Below are positions 13,001 to 26,059 of a stretch of 64,000 nt of DNA, in pieces. The notes under the pieces were generated by a model that saw only the letters and a program-made list of their open reading frames with translations, was not told the origin of the DNA and made no database searches. The stretch comes from Eledone cirrhosa. Lineage: Eukaryota. The stretch lies in NCBI GenBank assembly GCA_964016885.1, contig OZ024741.1, positions 147,870,001 to 147,934,000 on the forward strand, read 5' to 3'. The position numbers were made by a program, and so were the translations under genes. Every line of letters begins with the position of its first letter. Within the stretch, counting starts at the first letter, position 1.

Positions 13001-14478
13001 AAATATTGAATTTCTTGAAAGTAAATTCAAAAGTACGGAATTCTTAACTCTACAGATCTCACCAAAGTATATTTGACGATTATAGAATATCTAGCTCGTA
13101 CATTGAATCAAGAACTAAACTTTGTTGGTTCTTTAACCGAGATATTTGCAAGCAGTATGTAAAGATATCGTTGGCAAACGACACTTGGTTAGAATGTAAT
13201 TTAACAAAAGTAAGCAAAAAAGGTTGTTGGTTATATGAGAGAATGTATGAATTACAAGTGAATTATGTAAGGATAGTCTTCGGAAAAATTATAGAAAAAA
13301 ATAGTTGTGTATGAATGCGATGTGCGTGTATTTTGTTCGTGTGTATGGGTGCGATGTGCGTGTGTTTGGTTCGTGTGTATGGATGCGAGACTAACGGAGG
13401 TTACGGATGTTATCCTACCACCCTGCTCGATTGGCTTTACCCGTAAAACCTCTCCTGTGATTATTTGCTTAACTTTCTAGCCACATTACCCAAATGGCAA
13501 ATATCCTTTGGACGGTTGCTTGTTTTCTGCATTTGTACAAAGTCTGCAATGGGTAATTCCCATGATACGCTATATCTAACATGAGCAGAATAACATCAAA
13601 CAAAAGGGGAGTAAACTTGCCACAATCAAACAAAACGTAAATATATACCCGTAAAATCTCAGGTTTTTCACACATCTATCTCGACGAGCACTCGTAATAA
13701 GGAGCCAATGCAACATATGCTAAGATACTAGAAAATGAAATCAATAATGAGAAGTAGTCTCTTCTGTATGAATGAGAGCTACTTCTCATCACATACATAG
13801 CCAGAAATTTACTACGGGTTGTAGTAAATTCTATTAAAAATATGTATCTAATATGATGAAGCAATAAAGAAGTTTTGATTTATTTTTCTAATCGGTTCAG
13901 TATTTTCACACTTGTCTTTTTGATAGGTTTTGTTAGAATTTTGAAGGTGAAATTTGCTTTTACTATGATTTAAAAAAATGTAATTTATACGAATAAGGAC
14001 TTGAAAACCATCGTAAATTATTCGTTTTCTGTGGTTTCAAATCGAAGAATTCCATCTTAGAGACGGTGTAATAATGAAGATTTGCCTAAAATCTTTCAAT
14101 CCATTTGACAATTTTTGCGAGGAATTGCCAAAATGTATAAATGTGTCCTGAAGAGTGACGTATTTTAGCAATTGTGTTGCCATAGTTACAATGTTTACAT
14201 CAAATCTTCAATTATTTCTCAAATTTTCATTACAACAAGCGTTTTGCAAAACTGTAAATGATTACGTTTCTGAAGGTTAGAAATCATTTTGAAAGAATGA
14301 AAACAATTTATGACAAAGGTCGTCAAACATAGTTCTTCAAAGGAGATTTTAACAATCTTCTAGACACTTTGAATGAGATTTATCTAATTATATCTACACA
14401 TTTTATTTCTTAGGTAAGATGTTTTTTGTACTGATTCTAATTTTTATTGTTCTGATTGCAAATTACTTTATGAAATAT

Positions 14479-16420
14479 AAGTCAGGTCGCTCTTGAGTGT
14501 TACTGGTTACAAGTACTCCAGTACAACCTGTCGCATGGTCGGATCGTCGGTGACCAAACCGGCAACCCCACCAAGCTTGCTTATTGAGGAGGGTGATTTT
14601 GGACACGCCGCGTGACGAAAAACAAAGCCTGACAAAGGGCGGAAGAATTGATAAAAGTCAACGGCCATCCAATAGTGTGTAAATGTGTATATTCTGTATG
14701 AGTGTGGGTGTGTATGGGACTGATTTCCATAAATACCATTTAGGGCCTGAGCAAAGTTAGATTATGCAGGCGCTTCCAAGCCATCAGTCTGGAGATAGAG
14801 TGCCAATGAAAGATACCAGGAAGGAAAACATACCAGAAACATAGAAAACCCAACTAGAGGACGCTTGGAAGTTATATAAATAATGCCTTCACCTATGGGC
14901 TAAATAGGAGCTGTATGTAGCTTAAAAATGGCCTGTGCAGTCCTGGCAACGCGCTCTTGTATCCAGATATCGAAAACATGTACTATTCATTGATTTACAC
15001 TAGGGTTCAAGTCCCTGCCTTAGCTGATTTTCCTGAAACTCACATCCCATCCTCTGAGACTAATGACAGATCAGTCTTCAACCTGGACTTATCTAGGCAG
15101 ACTGTTCTCGATAGAGCAGAAGGCAGATAAAAACCTCCCCTAAAATGTAAACATCCTGCTCGCTTTAACACATTCAGTGTCAATACTCTCGGTCCTCTTG
15201 GCAGACTTGATGAGCTAGTAACGAGCGCTAAATCCAACGTTTTTGAAATCATCAGTCTTCAAGTGCATAGACATTTCCATCTTGATGTAGACCTAAAGTT
15301 TACAAAATCTGACAATTTCCAGCTTGTCACCACCTCTGCATCAAAAACTCCTAGAAAAGAGAAGCCTTTACCCATCATCAAAGGAGGCTCTCAAGAAGCT
15401 AGGAAAAAGAGCTGGAATGACCACTTCACGAGTCTACTGGGCAAACCATCATCTGTAGAAGGCGATCTCCCAAAGTCTGTGGTATCACCTGAACTCGACA
15501 TCTCCACTGGACTTTTCACCTTGAGAGAGATCAACAAGATATTCAAAACACCTGAAAACCAAGAATCACCCGGTCTCGACAACATACCCAGTGTAATTTG
15601 GAAATATCCAAACCTTCTTTCAGTGCTATTATCAATCTGCAAACCCTGCATGAGCCTGACACACCCCTCTGAACATCTCACTGACCTTGACTTTGCGGAT
15701 GACGTTGCGATTCTTGCACATTGCCTAGAAAATGCGCAAGAACGTTTGACATCTCTCAAGAAAGCAGCCGCCCTCGTTGGCCTTCATCTCGGCGAGGATA
15801 AAACAGAGTACATATCAAACTCTACATCAAAGCAATCAAAAGCAGTGATATAAAGCAAGTCGAGGATTTTAAATATCTTGGGTCGTAGATCATGGACTCT
15901 GTGAAGGATGTTGCCACCAGAAACGCCCAAGCATGGTCAGCTTGCAACAAGATGGATCGAGTTTGGTGCTCAAATCTTTCCAACCACACCAAAATCAGAC
16001 TCTCCCAAGTAACAATTCAACCAATTTTACTATATGGAAGTGAAACATGGACGCTTTCATCCAAACAACAAAAGCGCCTTGATGACACCTACACTGGCTT
16101 ACTTCGACGCATTCAGAACATAAGCTGGCGACATCTGACTTGAGAGAGATATATGTCGGCTTCCCACGCATATCTGTCGATGTACGTAAAAGGAGAGTAA
16201 GATTCGCTAGCCACTGCCATCGTCCCACCTCTGAGGCTGTGTCCCTATTAGAACTTTGGATACCACAAGCTGTCACTAATAACAGGGGGCGCAAGCTCTC
16301 TTATCCCGATGTCATATCCAGAGATTCTAATATTGAAATCCAGGACTTAGCAACAGCAGTGAACGACAGACTCACGTAGAGATCAATTGTGGCGTCTATT
16401 TCGGCCGAGGCCGCCAGATG
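14479..16420 (+). mobile_element. RTE-clade LINE, internally deleted, with putative 5' UTR (unit 2)
   Basis: SPGLDNIP, DLDFADDVA, FKYLG, LLYGSETWT, RRVRFASHC. The 5' boundary is inferred from the rise in GC content. Confidence 0.85.
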
Positions 16421-16869
16421 TAGAACGAATAATTTTCCTGGGATTTCAGTCTGATTTCCCACTTTTTATTTACTGTTGAAAAACATTACAAATTCGTAAG
16501 TAACATTATAAATAAAAAGAAATATAATAATACAATGCTTACAGAACGAAAGCACATAGAAATATGATATAAAGGAAAGGGAAAGGGAAAGGGAAAGGGA
16601 AAAAAAGAAAGAGGGGAAGAAAGAGAAAAGAAAAAAAAGGGCTTACATAAAAAAAGGGTTTACATAAAGTAGACAATACAATGCTTACAGAACGAAAGCA
16701 CAAACAAATAATATATAAAGGAAGGGGAAAAGGAAAAGAAAAAAAAGGAAAGAGGAAAAGAAAGAGAAAAGAAAAAAAGAAAAACAAACAAGCAAATTCA
16801 CAGAAGCGGTTAGCACACACACCGCGTACCACTTACAATAATAGGCAGGCGAAAGGGGTGGACAACCGA

Positions 16870-19590
16870 GCAGCTACCAGAGTAAAAGATAACAGAATCG
16901 CGAGGAGCACTGGGAAACATCTCTAATGATTTTTTAGGCAAGCCAGCACGGACTCAACGTTACTTCGGGTGATGGCGAGGCTGATGCGCTGGAACAACCA
17001 AGCGCCCCTACGAGCTTCACCAGTTGCCTTTGTTAGGCGAGCCACCAATGAAGATAAGAATCTTTCAGTCAGTAGCCCGACTTCCCCAAACGTCTCGAAC
17101 ATGTCGTTGGTCGAAAATGCAGTTGGCCGAGAAATCACGGTATTTTAGTATTTTGTTCCGTTCGGCTGCGGGGGCTGTGGCTCTCGCTCTAACCGCAACA
17201 TCCAGGATTTGGGAAGAAGCAAAAGAGTCACTAACTGTGACGTCCCTCGACTAGGGGCACAGGGTAAGGCCGGCAGGTCTTTTTTCATCAATTCTAGACA
17301 AAACAACGGTTCCAAAATTGAGAGGATGTTTGGCCGGGCCAAAGCTCTCTTGAAAATGAAGTTTAGTTTTGTGTGACGCGCGAAGCGACCGGCATTCAGG
17401 CGGCAAGAAAGACCGTGGAGTCCTGTGGAGTTGAGGAGTTTGCCACATCGAAACCTCCGACCCGTAAAGACATCAGCTCCCACTCTGATGGCAATGGAGA
17501 CACGAAGTTTGTCCAAGCTGAGTAGGCCACCAACGTTAGCCACGAGTAGGGCATCAATCCAGTCGCCTGAGTATTTGGCGCTGGCAGACAGTATGCGGCA
17601 CCTTGAAAACTGATCCGACTGGTCGAAGAGTGAGTCGACAGTGGCCTTCGAATTTTTGCTGTCCCATGCACTCTGACTTCGACTGTCTTCCACCTTGTCA
17701 GTAACAGACAAGCCCAACACACTCTACCATTGGAGATCTTTATCCAACTCCCTGTTGGAGCTAGTCCATGTTGAAGTGGAGAGGATGTTGCTCACCAGCG
17801 TAGAGCAAACGTGGGTGGAAGAAAGGAAGCAAGGGGGAGACAGGGACGATCACTTACGAAGACCAAGACTCCCAAATCACTTGGGCAATGCATCCTGATC
17901 ACAGGTCTCTGGAGAGAGTCTGACATTGATTAATCACTTGAGTCTCTCGAAGATTAGGTCGTCGAAGCGTTGGAGGCATGGTGGAAATCTGTGAGAAGGC
18001 CTGACCCAGAGCATATATAGAAGCTTGGGAATCGAAAGGTAGTTTCTGAGTATGAAAAAACCTTGATGGGGTTTAATTGCCTCAATATTCTTCAACAATT
18101 GCTCAAGGCCATCCATCTTCAATTGGAAGAGTGACTCGAAGGCAAGATCTGTAATTGGGACTCCTAAGGAGCACCAAACCGACGGGGGAGAGACCACAAT
18201 GGAAGGGAAGGCCTCTGTAAACAGGTCAATTGTCTGTTGATGTTGAGAAGCCGGGTGATTGAGGATCCACAGCTGACATTTGGAGCTATTGACCTGGAGA
18301 CTCCGCCGACCAAACTCCTCAATCATTTTGTTAGCAGTGGTGAGAACCTTATCCGGAGGTCCCCCCCCCCCCTCCAAACAGCGTCGTCGAGATACCAGAC
18401 GTTGATGTTCAACTCAACCCCCATCTTGGTGATGTCATCAATGCCCAGTTCAAACAGAACGAGCCTGAGTGCGTTGCCCTGTTGGACTCTCGAGGCAGAG
18501 ATGATGATTTGGTCACCAAAGGAGAGGTAGGAAGGCTCCCGATAAGCCTGACAAGAAAAGTAGTAGAGTTGTGGGATCTTCTCTCTTACTGAGCTGAGGA
18601 CGACATCACGGCTGACAAAGTTGAACGGGTTCTTGAGGATGACCCTGGGGGTAAGGAGGGCATGTTGGTAAAGGCTCTGGTAGCGTGGGCAGCAGCCTCA
18701 CATGCCAGCTTGGTACCCATCCCCAGCTGGATGGTGGAAAATTCCTCCGATAGTGAGTCAGAGACCGATAGCAAACACACCTTTGCAGTGAGATGATGAA
18801 GGGTGCAACAAGGCTCAAAGGGGGGCAGGTCTGCGTTGGGTTTAGTGAAAACGAATAATTTCGCACCGAAGAACAGTGGGAGGATATAGGGGAGAACGTT
18901 CACTGAAGAGAACCGATTCACAAACTGAGTCAGACCGGTGTAGACCGGTCTCGGGTATTCTGGTGGTTCGGGCCAGTGTAACTGATATTCTGGGGGAGCC
19001 GATGTGTGTTTGTCTTTCAGTCGCTCAAGAGAATCAGAATTACACGGAGCGGCGAGGGAGGACAAAGAAAAGAGGAGACGGACAGCCCCTTTAACGTCTA
19101 ATTTGCTGAATCTGGCCTTAACCGCACGCTTGAGGTTTATCGGTTGCCGGTTGGTAGGCACCGAGCTAGATTTCAAACTGAGGTGAGAAGTGGTTGGGGT
19201 GGACTCAAACAGCTGGAACTTTTGCTTGAGAGAGGACGTGAGGGAGCCCGATTTCGCCATGTGCACATGAAGAGAGATGAGAGGGAACAAAAACAGTTTC
19301 TGGCAGTGAGACGTATTGTTGGATAAGCAAACGTTTTTCAATGGGTTGGAGAGGGCTTGTGCAAAGCTATTCCGAGCTTCCTTAGGTATCCGGTTGACGA
19401 GCTTCGATTTGGATATACTCTGGAGGGCAGCGGCAAAGTCCTCGGTAGAGAGCTGGTCGTCGAAGCGTGGGACGTCTCCACGGAGTACGTCAGAGCTAAA
19501 GTAGCACTGATTACAGGTCCAGTATTGAAGCCTTTCGGCTTGAGCCCTGGTGATGCCGACACAGCTCCTATGGTAGTTTTGGTAGATCAA
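16870..19590 (-). mobile_element. CRE-like non-LTR retrotransposon (PHD remnant, RT, restriction-like endonuclease), degenerate (unit 2)
   Basis: YHRSC..WTCNQC, QLGMG...CEAAAHA, WYLDD, CG..HGLSC..RH, KRPAG, WDVT; multiple frameshifts. Confidence 0.85.
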
Positions 19591-20037
19591 CACGGGCAAG
19601 ATGATCTATAATATGAACAGCTAAATTGTGGAAAAATTCATTCAATCACTACAGGTTTGACCCTTAGTTTGAATTATATCCACTTATGTAGATTTAACTT
19701 TTCCAAGATTGCCGTATTGTTGCTCGAGCAACTTGGGGCTTCAAAAACTAATACATTTCGTTAGCAAATGCTTGATGAGAATCTTCACCGATAAAAATGT
19801 GGGGAAGCAATAGATGTACTGGCGATAGATGTACTGGCACCAACTGCATAATTATGGAGATAACATTAAGATGAATGATAAATTGTGAAATTTCCTAGCT
19901 TTCGTCCGGGTAAGGCTAAGTAGGCTTTTGCCCTGTTACCTTAGGTTTCAGACATATGAACTTTGCTCACATTTCTATGATAAACAATGACCAATTATGT
20001 TTTTTTCATTTGATTATAGCCAAGCGAACACATTTTA

Positions 20038-20163
20038 CTGTATTTCCCGGCGGCAAAAATTTGAGAAAAAATAATAAACAACCTTCAGCGTCCAGGACGC
20101 ATGGTAGATTTTTGAGACTTATTTTATGAAAAAAAGTAGCGCCTTCGACGCCGGGAAATATGG
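20038..20163. mobile_element. Tc1/mariner-pogo type MITE, internally deleted (unit 2)
   Basis: Same terminal repeats as 5147-5313. Confidence 0.8.
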
Positions 20164-20444
20164 TAATTTAAAATATCAAGACTGCATAAACGGTATTATA
20201 TGATTTGGTCCAGTTTCCAACACGTAATCTCAGTAATGACAAGTATCATCTTGAAAATGGTGAGATTCCAGTTAATACAGTCTTCGATCTAGTTATGATT
20301 CCCGCCAATGTTTTGTAGAACAGAATGAACTCTGAAACCTTAAATCCTCTACCATAGATCTGAAAATTGTTGATCACACACTTATGGATATTGTGGTTAG
20401 GAAATATAAATCAATCGATTTTTTTTACGTTTGTGCATGACAAT

Positions 20445-20605
20445 ATTGGCAGAATCGTTAAAGTATCGCACAAAATGTTTCGAAGGATATAGTAACGGCC
20501 CTTTACGTTCTGAGTTCAAATCCCACTAAGGGCAACTCTGTCTTTTATCCTTATAGGATCGATATAATCGACCGTCCTCACCCAACAAATTGCTGGCCTT
20601 GTGTA
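20445..20605 (+). mobile_element. tRNA-derived SINE (unit 2)
   Basis: TGGCAGAATCG A box, GTTCAAATCC B box; paralog of 4570-4735. Confidence 0.8.
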
Positions 20606-21161
20606 TAAATGAGAAATCATTACTTTAGTGCTTGGCGGGAATAACGTTTTATCCATATTTAAAACTTTACTGGTAAACGATGGCCATAAGATAGAAATAT
20701 ATACAGAAGTCCAATAGTATATGGAAAGAGATATTAGAATCTTGTTGAAACACAGTATAACTACATTTGGCGGTCAATTTGGTAGAGTCTTCTCAGAAGT
20801 GTCTATATTGTTCAGGCAATCAAAACTGAGAAGTCCAAGTTCACTCAAGTGGTTCACACGTCACTGTATTGCAGCAATACAGACAAATTATGGCTGTTTT
20901 ACTGCTACAGAAGTATATACAAATTGCCACCGTTTCATTACTCTTGAACATTGTAACAAAGATCTATCTACAATTCTTTAATCAAAATATTGATACAATT
21001 CTTTAATCAAAATCTAAGGAAGATCTATCTATAATTCTTTAACCAAAATATTGATACACCAACGTTCTCTATTTTTCCAGAAACTACAAAAGACATCTTT
21101 GTGAACCAAAAGTTGCCTTCAAAGTTGCACAAACTATTTTCTAAAAATTGGAGGAAAGAAC

Positions 21162-22265
21162 ATGGATGAAAAAAATAATATTAGCGACTGTGATCGTACT
21201 TTAGAGGAGTTAAATAGTGAAATGGTGAATGCTTATTTTCCAGTAATAATGTATCTGGCAATTGTTATGACGTTTGGATCAGTCGGAAATGTCTTTGTAT
21301 CTTATATATACTATTATAAATTAGAGAATACGGCCACATCTATGTTCGTTGTAGCGCTTTCTGCGTCCGACTTTCTTATTTCTACTATATGCATACCAAT
21401 GGAACTTGTGGTTCTACATTTTTCATACACCTTTTACAATGATGTTGCTTGCCGCTTGATACGTGTTATTGTTGCAGTAGCAATAACGAATTCAGCCTTG
21501 ATTGTATTCATTATAGCAGTTGATAGATACTTACTTGTATGTCAACCTCTTAAAAAACAAATTTCCCGTAAGAAGTCAAAGATAATCCTAGCATATTTAA
21601 CAATCATCGCCGCCATCTTGGGTCTGCCAGCAGTTCTTATATACAGCAGACAAAATTTAATGGTAAATCAATGTGGGAATATTGGAAAAGTGTGTTCATT
21701 TTCTGAGAATCTCGGTAGTACAGTCTATCCTTTACTCTATTATTCTATAATGCTGTTTATTGTTAATTCTCTCTTTATTTTTCTCATAATAATTTATTTA
21801 TTAATTGGAATAAGTATTCGGAAAATTTCCAAAAGAAAGGAAATTAGACGCTTAGCATTAAAAACATCGAAAAATACGATACAGCATCATAGCACACCCC
21901 AATCTGAAGCTACTGTTGCTACTGGAGATACTTTAAGTAATAAACGACCTGAATTTATCAAAAGAAAATCAAGTACCCCATCTAGAACCAATATACTTTT
22001 CTTCTCCATCACTTTGATCTGGATTATAAATTATTTACCACATCTATTTACCGCAATATATTGGAGGATGTTCGAAACTAATTTCTATGACACCAACACA
22101 ATTGAAGATATTGTACTTCATAGGTTCTTAATGTATTCTTTTTACCTTAATTGTGCTGTAAACCCATTTATTTATGGAATTTTTAATTATAAGTTTCGTA
22201 TTGAAGTTCTGAGTATATTTCGTAGACTGTACGCCTATGTGATCAATAATATATCGAATTTATGA
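21162..22265 (+). CDS. Intact intronless class A (rhodopsin-like) GPCR, 367 aa, peptide-receptor-like orphan (copy 2)
   Basis: Seven hydrophobic segments; GN in TM1, LSxxD in TM2, Cys at the top of TM3, DRY, YLP in TM6, NPFIY, helix 8 F-R; N-glycosylation site NIS. Confidence 0.93.
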   Translation: MDEKNNISDCDRTLEELNSEMVNAYFPVIMYLAIVMTFGSVGNVFVSYIYYYKLENTATSMFVVALSASDFLISTICIPMELVVLHFSYTFYNDVACRLIRVIVAVAITNSALIVFIIAVDRYLLVCQPLKKQISRKKSKIILAYLTIIAAILGLPAVLIYSRQNLMVNQCGNIGKVCSFSENLGSTVYPLLYYSIMLFIVNSLFIFLIIIYLLIGISIRKISKRKEIRRLALKTSKNTIQHHSTPQSEATVATGDTLSNKRPEFIKRKSSTPSRTNILFFSITLIWIINYLPHLFTAIYWRMFETNFYDTNTIEDIVLHRFLMYSFYLNCAVNPFIYGIFNYKFRIEVLSIFRRLYAYVINNISNL

Positions 22266-24118
22266 AAATAAATACAAATGTTCATAATTCTTAACTATGC
22301 TGATCTAACTAAAGTATATTTGGCGATTACGAAAGATATGCTTCGTACAGAAGGAGCCATAAGCACGACGCCATGATTTTGGGCAGAAAAATGCAGTTGC
22401 AGTACATTTCACTACCGCAGCCATCCACTTTCTAGATTGCTGGAAGAACAGTAATCGATTCAACAGGTAGCAAATGATACAGTATGAATCACCTGAAGAA
22501 CTGAAATAAACACTCTTGTTGCCTTCTCCCAGCTAGGAAATTAACTGATGTTTTTGATAGTGTAGTTAATACCAATAAACAAGGGAAAGAAAGAGGAAAA
22601 AACTACCACTGAAATCACTGTATAAAAATTACTATTAAATTAATGGTATAAATTATGATTGTGATGAAATAAAAAAATATATATCAGTAATTATTGCGCT
22701 CTAGTTTTCAACAACCGTGGAATTTCCAAGGGACCAGCTAGTTTTTATGAATGCTTTAGAATGCGCATTAAATGCCTTACATCCCATAATGTTGCTATAG
22801 TTTGGTTCATTAATTGACCTACGCCATCCGACACGGTGGGAGATGTTTCTGTAAATGCGGTACATCCCTCTGGGGAGCAGCCTTAAAGTCTAAGCTATGG
22901 ATCGTGTGTTAAGCGACCGGTATAACTATTGTTTTGTCCCTCAACTGAGACTTGGTTTACTCATAATTTTCTTAACGCATTTTTTAAAATAAAATTTTAC
23001 AGGTATATTTTTCACGATGTAAATTATGATTATGTTGATAACAAAAATAAAAGAAAGGTAAATTAAATTATTTTTAATACTTTGATTATTGTATACAACC
23101 CCATTTGTTAATGCTTTCATTTACTAAATAATTTCGATTTGTGTTTGTTGGAGGCTAAAACTAAAATTCTGAATTTTTGTTTATCATGCCTTCTAATTTC
23201 ATATTGATAATCCTGATGTTTTTTTAATAAACAATTTATATGAAGAATTCATCTATATATATAAATGGAAGTGTTCTCCGTGTTTGACCAAAATCATCTC
23301 ATCTCAACTCAATTGCATAATCCCGATGAGATCCATAAAACCTTCCTCTTCTTCCTGTCCAGAACGATCTTTTTCAGTATGAGCAGCGGTATACCTGTGT
23401 CCTCTCGAATTTGTACCTTCTATCGCTTTAGAAGTCTACAATATATATACATATATATATAATTTTTTATTCCACCTGAAGACCAAACATGCTGATCTGA
23501 CGGGAACGACGGAGAGATTGCGCTTCATTGACCCACATCCGGCGCTCTTCCTTCTGAGGAACCTTCATTTCACCTAACCACTCTTCACGCTGTGCGGAGC
23601 ACCTTGTTACCCTGACGCGGACCACTACGTCCAATTCGACACCACCATCTGATGCTGTGCTGAATTCATCTGCAAAGTTAATTTCGACAGCGCTGGCGTT
23701 ACTGCCCGTAAATTTCGGTAGCCTCAGCCTCCGAGCTACTTCTGACATGGCTCTGCTGGCTCACAAGGGGTTGTATGATGTCATTTTTATAACAAATTAA
23801 ACAGTAAAGTTCAGTTGTTCAGTTAAAAGTTTATATCAACAGTTTATTGATATAGAAATATAGTAAAATTTTCACTGTTGAATTGCTACGTTTTAGGTAT
23901 CCTGTATATTTTATACTGTTTCTTAATTATTTCAGAATATCAGATGACATTGGCATAAAATAGTGTTGTGTATCATCAATATTTCTCATGTAGAAATAGG
24001 ATGCATGTTTAGCTTATAAATATTCTGATCATAAATGAATTCTTTCATATATACATAGCCAGAAATGCATTGGCAGTTATCTCATGCTGCTTCATTAGGT
24101 ACACAAAATTCACGTACT

Positions 24119-24156
<38 letters not shown>

Positions 24157-24174
24157 CATATATATACATATATA

Positions 24175-24252
<78 letters not shown>
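24119..24252. repeat. (TA)n microsatellite
   Basis: Directly visible. Confidence 0.96.
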
Positions 24253-24255
<3 letters not shown>

Positions 24256-24367
24256 AACCAGTAGGACCCCGACAGCTGAGCTCAAGCCGTTTCGACGGCT
24301 AATTCTGGTCCAGAATTAGCCGTCGAAACGGCTTGAGCTCAGCTGTCGGGGTCCTATTGGTTCCTAT
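24251..24367. repeat. Near-perfect 117-bp palindrome
   Basis: Arms 24251-24308 and 24310-24367, 1-nt spacer, one mismatch. Confidence 0.95.
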
Positions 24368-24443
24368 TACCCACTCTACTACCTCAAGTATTGAGTACTT
24401 TGGTGCGTTATGGTCCACCTGGTTCCTTACCACATTTCCTTCG

Positions 24444-25498
<1,055 letters not shown>

Positions 25499-25701
25499 AT
25501 AAAATGAGTCCCTCATCAGTGATTTGCCGAAGATCATAGATATTTCATTGCATTAAAAATCATATACCTCACGTATATATATATAAGCAAGAAAGTGTTG
25601 GTAAAATCCAGTACTTCAGTATGCGGATCGAAGATATAAGTTCCGGAGTTATAATAGTGACGAAACGTAAGTCAATTGCATGAACTCATAATACTTTATT
25701 T

Positions 25702-25757
25702 ACTGCTATATATATTTCGATGATAGCCATTGAATGGTTATGACCTCATCAGGCAGT
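25702..25757 (-). ncRNA. Minimal type I hammerhead ribozyme, intact core
   Basis: ACUGC-CUGAUGA-[GGUCAUAACCAU UCA AUGGCUAUCAUC]-GAAA-UAUAUA-UA-GCAGU: 5-bp helix I, hairpin helix II, palindromic minimal helix III, NUH site AUA. Confidence 0.8.
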
Positions 25758-25864
25758 TAGTCAGTTCTTAGATATGCCAGCTCTGTGTTCTTGGTGTTGA
25801 TGTCGCAAGGCTCTGAAACCATCAACACCAAAAACACAGAGCTGGCATATCTAAGAACTGACTA

Positions 25865-25920
25865 ACTGCCTTATGAGGTCATAGCCATTCAATGGCTATC
25901 ATCGAAATATATATAGCAGT
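25865..25920 (+). ncRNA. Minimal hammerhead ribozyme copy with mutated core (CUUAUGA)
   Basis: Mirror image of 25702-25757 with G5 changed to U. Confidence 0.7.
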
Positions 25921-26059
25921 AAATAAAGTATTATGAGTTCATGCAATTGACTTACGTTTCGTCACTATATATATATATATATATTAAAAGAACAAATTAA
26001 AGTTTAACCAAAGAATCGTTGCTTTCACCCTTAACGGGATCTTCTGAAACTAAAAAAGT

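Larger units (their letters stand above)
12900..23424 (+). repeat. Segmental duplication unit 2
   Basis: 12900-22150 is the inverted paralog of ~27355-37225; 15640-23424 is the inverted paralog of 620-8055. Confidence 0.92.
25654..25968. mobile_element. Fold-back (149-bp arms, 17-nt loop), probable inverted Penelope-like pseudo-LTR pair
   Basis: Arms 25654-25802 and 25820-25968 with about 3 mismatches; each arm contains a hammerhead-shaped motif followed by AATAAA. Confidence 0.8.

Noticed and set aside
14480-14600. HDV-like ribozyme expected at an RTE 5' end
   Set aside because: I could not build the nested double pseudoknot by eye; a descriptor search such as RNArobo is needed.
20721-20981. 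Upstream ORF present in all three units (also 4194-4433 and 28468-28707)
   Set aside because: Conservation is explained by recent duplication; no recognisable domain.
25505-25535. CTGATGA on the minus strand
   Set aside because: Runs into TA repeat with no GAAA box; at most a truncated remnant.
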